Below are positions 15,229 through 30,590 of a stretch of DNA of 64,000 nucleotides, one piece after another. Source of the stretch: Eledone cirrhosa (lineage: Eukaryota); the NCBI GenBank assembly GCA_964016885.1, contig OZ024754.1, forward strand, positions 27,962,001 to 28,026,000, in the 5' to 3' direction. The notes beneath the pieces were generated by a model. The model searched no databases. It had not been told where the DNA came from and was given only the letters and a program-made list of their open reading frames with translations. Every line of letters starts with the position of its first letter. Position 1 is the first letter of the stretch. Both the position numbers and the translations under genes were made by a program.

Positions 15229-16072
15229 TGCACAGTCTCCGTCAATCAATGGTCAACACCTAGTTAAAATTGAAGATATTTGGTCATGGCTACATACCTG
15301 TATGTACCTGGTTTATACACTAAAATATATGAAACTTATCTCTGTTTATTTTCACTAGCTTCTTATCTTACATTTTCATTTAATACCATAAATGTTTATA
15401 TAGCATCTTAAGTTAGTTTATATATGGTTTAAATTATCACAATTGTGAAATCATAAACTTTTCTATTCCTAGGAGTGGCAAAACGTATTGTTTTTTTTAA
15501 CCTGTATAATCTGTACGTATGCGTAAATATCTCGAATACCATTCCTCTGTAGCTGGAAAAAATAAAGTCTTATTATTTTTGGCTGCTTTACTAATTACAC
15601 TCCACGTTTTAAGAATTGACATATATAAACATCTTCATTATACTACGTTCTTGAACGAACGAAATAAAAAAATTATGGATGTAAACAATGTACGACGTTA
15701 GCCAGTTCTTCAGATTTTTAAGCGCTGAGGATACATATATATATATATATATAACGAAGAAAGTGTGGTAAGGAACCAGGTGGACCATAACGCCCAGAGT
15801 ACTCGATACTTAGGGTAGTAGAGTGGGTAATATGAAAAGAGTCAGGACCTCGACGGCTGAGCTCCGGCCGTTTCCACAGCTAGATCCGAACTAGCTGTCG
15901 AAACGGCCGGAGCTCAGCCGTAAGGGTCCTGACTCTTTTCATATATATATATATACATATATACAGTGGACAGAACAGAGAAGACAAGGTTGGTTGACTG
16001 GTCTTTCTCCCTCCCTCTCATTCTCTCTCAATCCCTCTCCCGCTCTCTCTATCCCTCTCTCACTCTCTCTCT

Positions 16073-16113
<41 letters not shown>

Positions 16114-16370
16114 AAGTTTACGTCTTTGAGTTATTTCCCATCGTTATACTACGTTTTCATAAAGAAGCGTTTAACACTGTGGGGAAATGGTCAATATTGG
16201 GCCTTGAAACTTTAGGCAGTGCTTTTGTTCCATGTATGAACATAAATAAATAATATAATATATTAGCTCTGATACCTGGGCAATCTTCTTTTTCCCTTTT
16301 TCACGATATTTTACTATATACACACAAACTCACACACAGAAACAGACAAATAAACACACACACAGACACA

Positions 16371-16406
<36 letters not shown>

Positions 16407-16423
16407 TAAATACACACACACAT

Positions 16424-16472
<49 letters not shown>

Positions 16473-16959
16473 CTCAAAAGCAACCAACCAACCAAATTCT
16501 GAACAGATTTAGTCAGTCTAGTTTCTAAAGAGGCCACACAAATGAAAAGGTAAAAATAAGTACATATAGAGTTCCCTTGGGTACAACTTTATTTTTCATC
16601 GACTGAATCTCCTTATATATTAATCGATCTACAAGTTGCCCGCCTGTTCTTCCTAAACCAATACTGATATTTTTTTCTTATAATTCCCAAATGACTCCTT
16701 GGATATTTTCCCCTCTTCTGAATAACTTCCTGTCAAAACCGATTGGCATGCGTGTTTCGTAGCTACACCAACATATACATATATGCAAGTTAGGTGTATA
16801 TATATATGTATGTATGTATATATATATATATATAGATACAGATATATATTTATACACACACTCATATATATATATATACGTATATATCTGAGTATATATA
16901 TGTATATGTGTATATATATATATATATACATATATACAGATATATATTTATACACACAG

Positions 16960-17021
<62 letters not shown>

Positions 17022-17061
17022 GTATATATCTGAGTATATAAATGTATATTCTTATACATAT

Positions 17062-17115
<54 letters not shown>

Positions 17116-17176
17116 TTTTACTCTTTTACCTGTTTCAGCCATCCGGCTGAGGCCATGCTGGGGCACCGCCCTTGCC

Positions 17177-17218
<42 letters not shown>

Positions 17219-17227
17219 GTGTGTGCC

Positions 17228-17267
<40 letters not shown>

Positions 17268-17302
17268 GAGAGAGATAGATAGATATTTATACACACACAC
17301 AC

Positions 17303-17367
<65 letters not shown>

Positions 17368-17450
17368 GTATATATCTGAGTATATAAATGTATATTCCTA
17401 TATCTATACATATAGATATATATATAGATATATATATGTATGCATATTCC

Positions 17451-17572
<122 letters not shown>

Positions 17573-18547
17573 TATATTATATTATATATCATATATCATA
17601 TATCATATTATATCATATATATATATATATGTGTGCATATCTCCAGAGACTGGCGTGATTTCATTTTTTTTTGTTAGTGCTCCTCATATTTAGTCAGCTT
17701 CTTCTGGCTGCGTGATTCAACATAAATATCCTTTCACTATACAAATAGTAGTGACAGCTTGAAACGAAAAATAAAACACCAAACATTGTATGTAGCTCAA
17801 CATATTCTTTTGATGAAGATAGATTATATAGTGTTATGACCCACCCGACCTTTGATGAGAACTGTTAAATCTAAATATGTTGCGTTGTATTCACCCAGTC
17901 AACTAAGGAGAATCAATGTAGCCACTTGACCTGCTAGATATAGCTGCCAAATCTCTCTCAAATCTATCCTATGAAATCTAAACTTAGCAAAAGGAAAAAG
18001 AGGAGACACACTGGAAGATATATTACTATATGTAACATTAGGTGTTGAATTGATGGAGACGTGAGAGTGTCGCTTAGAATGCTTCGTGGTATTTCTTCGA
18101 ACTTTCTGTGCTCTGAGTGCATGCCCAGTCGTGATCATCTTTGCCTTTCGTTTTTTTTTTTCGGGATCGATAAATAAAGTACCTCCCCAGCGACGGTGGA
18201 ATTGGTGGAATTGTTAGGGCATCAGATTGGATCCTTTGCATTATCTTGTCTGGTTCTTTACATTTCGAAGGCAACTCATGCGACGAGATTGGTGCCAAGC
18301 TGTATCAATCTCAGCATTTTCTTTGAACAACCTCGAGAAGAGGGTCGACTTACATGCAGGGGCAACAACAGGACTTTTATAAGGACTTTTATAAGAATAT
18401 TGTTCCAGGGATTGCACTATGGATAGGAAATTTCCTAGTACCGAACCATGGTCTTGCGACCTATACAGAAGCCAAAAATATACAAGATGCCTAAATTAAA
18501 AAAATGGAATGGCCTTGATTAGAAACGTTTTTATTATAAGTGACAGA

Positions 18548-18743
18548 GGGCGGTGGATTGGCAGTACCGGTAGAGGGTTGGACGCCATGCTTTGACGGAT
18601 AGAGTTACGGCCCTTGCCATTCTGAGTTCAAATCCCGCCGAGGTTAACTTTGCCTTTCATCCTTACGGGGTCGATAAAATAAATAAAGTACCAGTAATGT
18701 ACTGAGTAATTGCTGGCCTTGTGCCAAAAGTAGAAACAATTAT
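18548..18743 (+). mobile_element. SINE A, full length
   Basis: Matches 663-847. Confidence 0.8.
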
Positions 18744-18763
18744 AAGTGAGACGAGGGTGGTGG

Positions 18764-19065
18764 ATGATGACGACGATGATGACGACGATGATGATGATGA
18801 TGATGATAATGATGATGACGATGATGATGATGATGATGATGATGACGACGATGATGATGATGATGATGATGACGACGACGATGATGATGATGACGACGAT
18901 GATGATGATGGTGATGATGGGGATGATGGGGATGACAATGACGATGACGATGACGATGATGATGATGATGACGACGACGATGATGATGACAATGATGATG
19001 ACGATGACGATGATGATGATGACGAAGATGATGATAATGATAATGATGATGATGATGATGATGAT
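18764..19065. repeat. (GAT/GAC)n trinucleotide microsatellite
   Basis: Seen directly; follows a SINE tail. Confidence 0.95.
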
Positions 19066-19250
19066 GTGGAGGAGTAGCTGGTGTCTCCAGTGTTGCCACA
19101 GTTGTTGCTAATGTTTCCAATACAATGGGATTAGATCAATATTAGTTTAACATCGATCTACAAAGTGAAGAAAATCTTCCGAAATAATTAAAATCATTTT
19201 TGCTGCTTTTTTTGTTTATATATCTGTGACTATATTTAAACCCTTCTATC

Positions 19251-19293
<43 letters not shown>

Positions 19294-19346
19294 GTGGGTG
19301 TATGTGAGTGTGTCTGCGTGTGTAGTTGTATATGTGTGTGTATATG

Positions 19347-19470
<124 letters not shown>

Positions 19471-19550
19471 TGTATGTATATATATATATATGTATGTATG
19501 TATTTATATATATATATATATGTATGTATATATATATATATGTATGTATG

Positions 19551-19624
<74 letters not shown>

Positions 19625-19656
19625 TGTATGTATATATATATATATATGTATGTATG

Positions 19657-19702
<46 letters not shown>

Positions 19703-19745
19703 GGAATACTGTTGGCTTCTTGCTACAATACGTTCTATAACTTTC

Positions 19746-19830
<85 letters not shown>

Positions 19831-20260
19831 TGTGAGTGTTATACAATATATTTATATCTACATAGTTCTACATCAGTATACTCCCCTATCTGTATGTGTT
19901 TGTTCCATATTTATTGTATGGAATTATGTTGTTATTCCCTTTCAAAAGATTAAGTACGTTGCTACTACAACGTGTGTGTGTTTTATTTTTCATATTTTGC
20001 TAAATACACTTTGGAGACATAATCTTAGAAGTAAATACGGGAGTTAATACATACACACACACACATACACACACGCGCGCACGCACACATCCACACACAC
20101 ACATACATACACACACACACATATATATATATGTTTATGCAAATATATGTGTGTATATATCCATTTATTTATATATATATTCACACACACAAATATATAT
20201 ATATATATATATATAGTGTGTTACATGTATCTATATTTATATCTATTCCTATCTGTCTCA

Positions 20261-20372
<112 letters not shown>

Positions 20373-20566
20373 GGGGGGGTGCGTGTGCGTGTGTGTGTGT
20401 AAGATAAAGAAATAATAAAATCAAAAGCTGGAGCTGAAGAACGACATAAGCCTGAGAAACAGAAATAGACCAGAAATTGTTTGACATGTCTCTTGAAGAT
20501 GTCTTACTATATCATTGCAAAATATGTGCATAGACATCGTATAACAAATTTCGTCAACCATAGGCA

Positions 20567-20675
<109 letters not shown>

Positions 20676-20839
20676 GGGGGGGGCGTGTATGTGTGTGTGT
20701 ATCAGATAGTGTGTGGTAAAATAACAGGTGGCCATAAAACACCAGAGTACTCGATGCTTGAGGGTAGTAGATTGGTTAATATGAAAAGATTCAGGACCCC
20801 GACGGGGTGTATGTGTTGTATTTCTGTATGTATGTACTT

Positions 20840-20948
<109 letters not shown>

Positions 20949-21223
20949 ATAATAATAAATTTGAAGACTAAAATCCAAAGAGGGCTCGATAAGGATAAAT
21001 TGTTTTTCACCGCTCCAAATAATGACGTATTATCTTCGTTTTTTCCCGTTCTTTGCCAGGGAACCTTTCCACGAACCAAAGTATCGTCTTCCTGTCTTCC
21101 TCCGGTTGCGACGTTTTTTGAAATATTTACTTCTGCGTTCACAGATTGACTTTTTTAGTTTCAGAAGATCCGGTTAAGGGTGAAAGCAGCGATTCTTTGC
21201 TTAAACTTTAATCTGTTATTTTA

Positions 21224-21277
<54 letters not shown>

Positions 21278-21380
21278 CACTCGTGTATATACGCATTGTT
21301 ATATTATGTCTATGGGCAAGATTTTCTTTTGTAAAAGTTTATATATATGCATATATATATATAAATATATATATATATAA

Positions 21381-21910
<530 letters not shown>

Positions 21911-22315
21911 GTTCTCAATAAAAATAAGTACTATTATCAAACAGATAAGAAAATATCATTTGACAAAATGGCGGACTTAGTCTCTTATTTCTATTTCTTG
22001 TTATTTATGTTTCTTTATATCTTATCTCCATTCCCGTTTCTTTTGTTTTGTTTGTTTTATAGGCGGGACCATTTTTGGTTTTGTATTCGTATTTCGTTTT
22101 ATCATTTTTTTTATATTCTTGATTTACGATTTATTTTGGAATAACATTTTATCTTATTTTAGTTTCATTCTATTTTTAATTGGTATTTGTAATATTAATA
22201 CTATTATTAGTTTTTATACATATTTCATGTTCTTTCCACCTCATTATATATATATAGTTCAAGAAATGGCAAGACAAACAGGGAGAATAGATATATACAT
22301 TATATATATATATAC

Positions 22316-22383
<68 letters not shown>

Positions 22384-22935
22384 AGTTAATATAAATTAAT
22401 ATATTTGATAAACACAAATACCAACATATTCATGTTTGTATTGTAAATGACCAAGTTAACTAGATTGAAATATACTAATAATAATAATACATTTTGCCTG
22501 TCTCGATTTAAGATAATAAATCAATAAAAACAAATCATATTGGCAATGGCCGTAGTGCTTGGACAAATTTAAATTTCAAAATCAAACCTGTTCCGTAGAC
22601 AGGTTTAAACGTTAGAATCCAAATATGTTTCGAATAATGAAAAAGTGAAAAAATACCGCATTTTGATCTCCTCAGCAAGCACTATAAAAATTGGTATGTT
22701 TCACTTCAAAATATTTAGAAAGACTGATTAACGCACATGGTATTTCACGCGGTTATCCAGTGTCTAGCTGTCACATACTCGTGCTGCTAGAAATAACAGC
22801 CGTTTGTATGGGGCTAAATTCAGCTCAACAAAGGAGCAGTGATACTATCAATAATAATGAGTTCAAAACTCAGGCAGTCTTTTACAATGAAATAGCTCAA
22901 AGAAAGAAGTATTTCTGAGCCGTATAATACATATA

Positions 22936-23009
<74 letters not shown>

Positions 23010-23037
23010 GTAGTAACACAATAGTAAGTTCACCTGT

Positions 23038-23078
23038 CCGAGCTGAAGATCCGCATAAGGTGAAACAATTGTTCTCGG
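23038..23078 (+). ncRNA. Type I minimal hammerhead ribozyme motif
   Basis: CCGAG-CTGAAGA-TCCGCATAAGGT-GAAAC-AATT-GTT-CTCGG; perfect stem I, palindromic stem III ACAATTGT. Confidence 0.75.
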
Positions 23079-23173
23079 TATGGTGAACTAACTGCTGTGT
23101 TACTACTTCTACCAAATTCGTCCCATGGACTGAGTGCTCTACCGCTACGGATATTACCTTCCAGTGTTCTACT

Positions 23174-23265
<92 letters not shown>

Positions 23266-23304
23266 ATTAAACAAATAGAAACTATATTTATAAAACCATA
23301 TTTA

Positions 23305-23366
23305 TTTCATTATACATATTTCAGGGATACCATATTAAAAATATGGCATGCCTTCGTCAGATAAAA
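23305..23366 (-). ncRNA. Mirror copy of the 23474 hammerhead
   Basis: Reverse complement within the inverted repeat. Confidence 0.72.
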
Positions 23367-23473
23367 TACAATATATAAACAGTTTTATAAATAATTTTGA
23401 CGTACCTCCTAATTTAATGGTCGCTTATAATATGGTACGTCAAAATTATTTATAAAACTGTTTATATATTGTA

Positions 23474-23535
23474 TTTTATCTGACGAAGGCATGCCATATT
23501 TTTAATATGGTATCCCTGAAATATGTATAATGAAA
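23474..23535 (+). ncRNA. Type I hammerhead ribozyme motif
   Basis: TTTTAT-CTGACGA-AGG[ATGCCATATT/AATATGGTAT]CCT-GAAA-TATGT-ATA-ATGAAA; long stem II, AUA triplet. Confidence 0.72.
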
Positions 23536-23664
23536 TAAATATGGTTTTATAAATATAGTTTCCATTTGTTTAATATCGTATATATACTCCAAAAACTTGT
23601 CGAGTGCTTTATATCAGTTATAAAATATTTACTTGTTGTAACCCAACATTTTAAATAAAACCTT

Positions 23665-23763
<99 letters not shown>

Positions 23764-24274
23764 GCGTGTGTGTGTGTGTGTGTTTGTGTGTGTGTGTACA
23801 TTAGATAAGTGGATGTGCATAACGAAAAGGGGAGAGACAACTTACCAGTTGTTGTGCTCTCCGTAGTCGATGAAGTTGTGTAACAAATATCTTGATATGT
23901 TGATGATAGGAGTTGCGTTACCGAGTACGGTACATTTGTTTCAAAGAGTATTCCACCAACTAATATAATATGACCAGGATATTAGGAAACCTAGGCAACA
24001 TTTGTAGTTCGAAGAAACATATATTATATAATAAGATATCTAACACGTGTTTCAATGATGTAATGCCTACGAAAACTGGTTTATTAGTTAATCCACTATG
24101 TTGCACTACGGAGTTAAAATTGATACAAGCGAGAAGTTCGGGAGAAACCGAAGTCAATTATCTAGTATATTTGACCTCAGATACATCGAGTACGTACACA
24201 ATCTCCTTATAATATATAACCAGCAATTTCTCTGTCTGTCTGTCCGACAGTGGAAACACGTGCGCGCGTGGTTG

Positions 24275-24305
<31 letters not shown>

Positions 24306-24503
24306 CAGCTATCCCTCTCTTTTAGTCTGTCTGTTTCTCTCACTCTCACTCTTTCTCTTTGTAACACACTAACATTCCTCCCCTCTATCGCTATGACGAA
24401 TGGGGAGATGGAGGAGGAGGAGGAGGAGGAGAGAGTCACTTCGTCACTTCACCTCTGCCTTTCTTTCTCTCCCCTCTCACTCCCTCATTACGTACAGACA
24501 TTA

Positions 24504-24696
24504 GGGCGGTGGATTGGCAGAATCTGTAGAGAGCCGGACACCATGCTTCATAGCATGGAGTTACGTCCATTTACGGTCTGAGTTCAAATACCGCCGAGGT
24601 TAACTTTGCCTTTCATCCTCACGGGGTCGATAAAATAAAGTACCTGTAATGTACTGGGTAATTGCTACCCTTGTGCCAAAAGTAGAAACAATTATT
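24504..24696 (+). mobile_element. SINE A, full length
   Basis: Matches 663-847. Confidence 0.8.
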
Positions 24697-25044
24697 AGAA
24701 ACATTGCTTCATTTTTACATATCTAAGCATTAGTAAAATCATAATCTATAAAGCTCAGTGTGTGGTCATGCTCCTTCGTTAGAAGAAATCTACGATATAG
24801 AATTTCTTCAATTGAAATTTACAATTCAGTATTCGAAATAGCTTCGATTGCGTCTTGACGCAGATAATTTTTTCAATTTCACCCACAATTACGCAAAAAA
24901 TAGATAAAACTCAATATTTTACGATTTTTCTCTCTCATTTAAACTGATGAACTCTTTCTACTACCATTCAAAATCTATACAACTTCATACTTCTGCTACT
25001 TTCTCTTTCCAAGCTTGATGGTGATACTGTCCGTTCACACCACT

Positions 25045-25256
25045 CCCTACTGTCTTAAATTTAGAAAACACATATCCTCTATGAGGTTACTAAACCTGCT
25101 AGAAACAGCAGCTAACTCTCCCCCATATCACACCCCTCCCTACTGTCTTAAATTTAGAAAACATATCTTCTATGAGGTCACTAAACCTGCTAGAAACAGC
25201 AGCTAACTCTCCCCCATATCACAACCCTCCCTACTGTCTTAAATTTAGAAAACACA
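25045..25256 (+). repeat. About 92-bp tandem repeat (about 2.3 units) derived from an interspersed repeat
   Basis: ccctactgtcttaaatttagaaaaca occurs three times; ctgctagaaacagcagc resembles 17930, 22785 and 60715. Confidence 0.8.
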
Positions 25257-25542
25257 CAGACAACCATGCAGAACAACTCCATCGCAGCTCTGTTGTTCGG
25301 CTGGCATCGTCTACGCGCGTGTTGCGCAAGTACTGTGAAACAATAAATTTCAACACTTTTTTGCACAGAGATAATATCCATAGGCGAAACTACAATTGTC
25401 ACTGCTGGCGCAGCTCATGCTTCCAGATCTGCAATTCATTCACCCAGTGCCTGGCAGACAAAAATGTGCTGCCATAAAATGGGTGGTGCAACCTAACTTT
25501 GGTAACTTAATGACCCCGAGCAACGCCGGGCTTTAATGCTAG
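25257..25542 (+). mobile_element. Helitron 3' end directly upstream (left boundary uncertain)
   Basis: CCCGAGCAACGCCGGG..CTAG at 25515-25542. Confidence 0.6.
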
Positions 25543-26321
25543 TCTATATATAAAACAGAGGATGTCTGTGTGTCTGTTTCCCTAAAACTCGAGAAGTACC
25601 CAACCGGTTTTTTTCAAACTTTATACATGTAACTCGTATGACCCTGGAAGTGTTTTGAGCAAAAAGAATTTAAGATTGTCAATGCCCTAGGGACCGCATT
25701 AGGCGATTTAGCGATCTCTTTCTCTTTCTCTTAGTCTTTCTCTTTTTAGATAGATACATAGATATGACGTCGCGCCTTCATAATATCTGTCTGTATGCCT
25801 GACTGTCTGCATTACGTCATTATGACGCGATCAGTGTGTGTGTGTATATATATTCTTATGCCAGGGAACGTCTTCACGAACCAAAGTATCGTCTTCCTGT
25901 TTTCCAGATTGATTTTTTTAGTTTAAGATCCCGTTAAGGTTGAAAGCAGCGATTCTTTGCTTAAACATTAATATGTTATTTTAATATAGATATTCGTGTA
26001 CAGATATTTTTGCATACACAAAAACAAAATATAAACAAACAAGGCCAAAGATTACATCAATTAGTCTTAGTGTACTGCATACTGCTTTTAGGTAGAATAT
26101 CCCGTTAAGGGTGAAAGCAGTGATTCTTTGCTTAAACTTTAGTCTGTTATTTTAATATATATATATATATAATTATATATTTATGGACAGATATGTTTGC
26201 ATACACAATAACAAAATATAAACAAACGTATTTATTTCACGAGGTTCGATAAGGATAAATATATATCAAATATATAAGAACCCTATAGCAAATCCCGAGC
26301 AACGCCGGGCCATTCTGCTAG
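25543..26321 (+). mobile_element. Non-autonomous Helitron-like element
   Basis: 5' TCTATATATAAAA with gtctgt repeats; 3' hairpin CCCGAGCAACGCCGGG then CTAG followed by T. Confidence 0.75.
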
Positions 26322-26791
26322 TTTACTATATAAGGATGACTTCATTCACTTGACTTCGGTTTCTTCCGAACTTCTCTGATGGTATCCAGATTGAGTGGTG
26401 GTGGTGGACGTCGTGTTGGTGTTTTGTTGACAATTGCGTTGGGACGTGAATATTTCAAATATATATATGTATATATCTGTAAATCAAATTGTATAAATAT
26501 CAAAGTATAATTGATTTAGTAAGATTGGTCACAATTATACCTATATATTTATACATACATATATATATATGTGTATGTGTGTGCATACATATATATATAT
26601 AAATACATATACATTTGTATATATATATATATGTGTATATATATATATATATATGAGTGTATATCCCCCTCTCTCTCTCCATACTTGAGACCAGTCTTAC
26701 TAAATCAATTATACTTCGATATTTATCCAATCCATCCAATTTGATTTACACAAAGTTTCCATCTTCCCGTCTTCGACTTGAAATAGCAAAG

Positions 26792-26874
<83 letters not shown>

Positions 26875-26941
26875 CATCTATATATATATACATACATATA
26901 TATATACATATATATATATATACATCTATATATATACATAC

Positions 26942-27055
<114 letters not shown>

Positions 27056-27478
27056 TTCTCTCTCTTCAGTTAGTCAATATACATAAGTGATGAAAGTGGA
27101 AAAGTCACCAATCTTGGAACTATGTTTATCTGGTGTTGGAACAGCTGCTGAAAAACGAAAAAGACAGTTAAAACTGTTTACACAGAAAACTGTCATTGTG
27201 TAAAATGACGGCTCTAAAATTTCAATTCAAACATATTTCCATTTGTGAAGCAATCACTAAAGTGAGTTTGTGCGTGTATATATATATATATGTGTGTGTG
27301 TGTGTATGTGTGTGTGTGTGTGTGTGTGTTGTGTTTTGGCCTTATGTGCAGAGTGTTAAAATATATATGTGTATACATATATATATATATAAATACATAC
27401 ATACATACATACATACATACATACATACATACATACATACATACATACATACATACATACATACATACATACATACAT

Positions 27479-28347
27479 GGTGGCTGCCAACTCGTTTTGG
27501 AGTACGGCCACTACTTTATATCCATGTAGGAGAACCCCTACCGATGCGCTGAACGAGTGTGACTTTTTAGTCCAGCCAGCGACTTGAAAACTCTGGTACA
27601 AACACTACACTTGTGACCATTATTGACACATAGTGCTGGGCCCATGGTACCATGTGACGACAAGTGCAGAGAGATCTCCAGATATAAAGCAATGCCTGTG
27701 CCGTGAAGCTTTTATAGTGGGCAAAGGCACTGCACAAAGCCAGTCCCACTCTCTTAACCAAGACGATATTTACCAAAAAGAAGAACATGTCAACATCATT
27801 GGATACCATCAGAGTTGCAGGTGTTATATCAGAGTTTTCCTTCTCCTAGAATTCTGCCTTGACAAAGGCTAAGGGGTCATCTCTCCCATACATACATACA
27901 TACATACATACATACATACATACATACATACATACATACATACATACATGGTGGCTGCCAACTCGTTTTCGAGTACGGCCACTACTTTATATCCATGTAG
28001 GAGAACCCCTACCAATGCGCTGAACGAATGTGACTTTTTAGTCCAGCCAGCGACTTGAAAACTCTGGTACAAACACTACACTTGTGACAATTATTGACAC
28101 ATAGTGCTGGGCCCATGGTACCATGTGACGACCAGTGCAGAGAGATCTCCAGATATAAAGCAATGCCTGTGCTGTGAAGCTTTTATAGTGAGCAAAGGCA
28201 CTGCACAAAGCAGCATATATATATACATATACATATACATACATATACACATACATACATATACACATACATACATATATACATACATACATATATACAT
28301 ACATACATACACACATACATATACATATACATACATACATACATACA

Positions 28348-28379
<32 letters not shown>

Positions 28380-28428
28380 CACATACATACACATACACAT
28401 ACATACATATACATATACATACACATAC

Positions 28429-28463
<35 letters not shown>

Positions 28464-29234
28464 CATATACATATATATATACATACATATACACATACAT
28501 ACATACATACATATACATATACATATACATACATACATATACACACATATATACATACATACACATACATATACATACACATACATACACATATACATAT
28601 ACATACATATATACATATACATACATATGGTGGCTGCCAACTCGTTTTCGAGTACGGCCACTACTTTATATCCATGTAGGAGAACCCCTACCGAAGCGCT
28701 GAACGAGTGTGACTTTTTAGTCCAGCCAGCGACTTGAAAACTCTGGTACAAACACTACACCTGTGACAATTATTGACACATAGTGCTGGGCCCATGGTAC
28801 CATGTGAGGACAAGTGCAGAGAGATCTCCAGATACAAAGCAATGCCTGTGCCGTGAAGCTTTTATAGTGAGCAAAGGCACTGCACAAAGCCAGTCCCACT
28901 CTCTTAACCAAGATGATATTTACCAAAAAGAAGAACAAGTCAACATCATTGGATACCATCAGGGTTGCAGGTGTTATATCAGAGTTTTCCTTCTCCTAGA
29001 ATTCTGCCTTGACAAAGGCTAAGGGGTCATCTCTCCCGGTGATTTTGGATGGCCATTGACTTTTAAGAGCTCCTTTGCCCTTTGACAGGTTTTGTTTTTA
29101 GTCCTGCAGGATGTCCAAAGTCACCCTCCTCACCAAGAAACCTTGGTGGGGTTGCCAGTTTAGTCGCCAACGACCCGACCATGAGACAGGTTGTACTGGG
29201 ATACATGTTACCAGTAGCACCAACTGGTGACCTG
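27479..29234 (-). mobile_element. Three tandem copies of the same non-autonomous element (27479-27887, 27950-28211, 28629-29234)
   Basis: Direct repeats separated by (TACA)n; minus strand has CTAGGAGAAGGAAAACTCTGAT, a motif I recognise from RTE-clade 5' UTRs. Confidence 0.75.
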
Positions 29235-29253
29235 ACATACATACATACATACA

Positions 29254-29284
<31 letters not shown>

Positions 29285-29721
29285 GCACGTGTGTATGTGC
29301 TGTTTTGTAGTTTTATGTGCTCGCTACATATTGATACATAATACAAATTTACATACGCACGCAATCACGCAAATACACTCACGAACATACAATCACAAAA
29401 ACATGCTCACACACACGCATACACTCCAAACAAGTATATATAACATATGTTAAGCACTCAATTTATACTTTGATGGTTGGTAATGATGAAAGTTTCACAG
29501 TCCAAACAACCAAACAGAAGCCGAATAGGAATGATACCATTGGCTATAAAAACAATTTACTCTTCTATGGATTTTGTCTGCTAAATGTCTAGATTACTTC
29601 CGCCATATTACCTCCCCTTTCTCCGTTCTACTTCTGTCGCAGATTCTTCGTGTAAACAAGAATTATACATTCTATATCGATTCATCCGTCCGAGCTGAAA
29701 TCCAAGAAACCAATATATATG

Positions 29722-29759
<38 letters not shown>

Positions 29760-29809
29760 TGTATATTTACATATATATATGTGTGTGTGTGTAAATATAT
29801 GTATATTTG

Positions 29810-29857
<48 letters not shown>

Positions 29858-30187
29858 TGTGTAATTACAATATTACAGTACATTTAGCAATTGCGAAATA
29901 ATCAATCACTTGACACTGTCAATATGTCAAAGTTTATGTTTCCTTCGATGCAATCCCTTATCTTATACACAGTTATTCATATACAGTTTATTTTAAACGT
30001 AAAGCTTCACTCACATTTTTGTTTGATATTAACCTGGCATGCAGTTTTCTATATATGTTTTTGACATTATTTCAGTTATTTTTCTGGTTGTTGTTGGTGA
30101 TGTATTGTTGGAGGAGGATTTGAAATCTTTGTTTCAAAAGAACTGATAAATCTCACACATACCAGCTTAGATTATTTTGGGGGGTGC

Positions 30188-30279
30188 ATTGGCAGTATCG
30201 GTAGAGGGTCGGACGCCATGCTTTGCAGCAAAGAGTTACGGCCCTTTATGGTCTGAGTTAAAATCCCGCCGAGGTTAAC
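30188..30279 (+). mobile_element. SINE A, 5' half only
   Basis: Head matches; breaks at gaggttaac into the Naiad fragment. Confidence 0.75.
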
Positions 30280-30590
30280 GAAGCGTTCCTTAAATCGGCC
30301 CTCCGCCATACCCACATAGAATTTGACCTCCTGTGGTTGATTTGGTCGGTTGGGAGTGACCACAGCTTCATAAACTACAGCGGGTGTGTTGCATTGCTGT
30401 TGAAGGGGACAAGCTCCGGGTTTACGGCAAGAGAACCCTGGTGGGGTGTTGCTCTTAGGGATGTTGGTGATGTGGGCCTTCATGTTCTTAGCGCAAGAGT
30501 ATCCTAGTTTTACTTTATGACGGTTAAAGATGGAGCGGTATTTATGACCTATGGGAAAGTGTCTATCTAAGAGGGCTAGAAATTTGTTAT
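30279..30590 (-). mobile_element. Naiad-type Penelope GIY-YIG fragment
   Basis: DRHFPIGHKYRSIFNRHKVKLGYSC, SCRKPGACPLQQQC..AVVYEA...FYVGMAEGRFKERF. Confidence 0.8.

Noticed and set aside
29150-29234. HDV-like ribozyme at the 5' end of the RTE-like element (minus strand has CCAGT/ACTGG pairing, a GTCG-TTGG-CGAC hairpin and CTAA)
   Set aside because: I could not build convincing P1 and P3 helices by eye; needs a covariance search.
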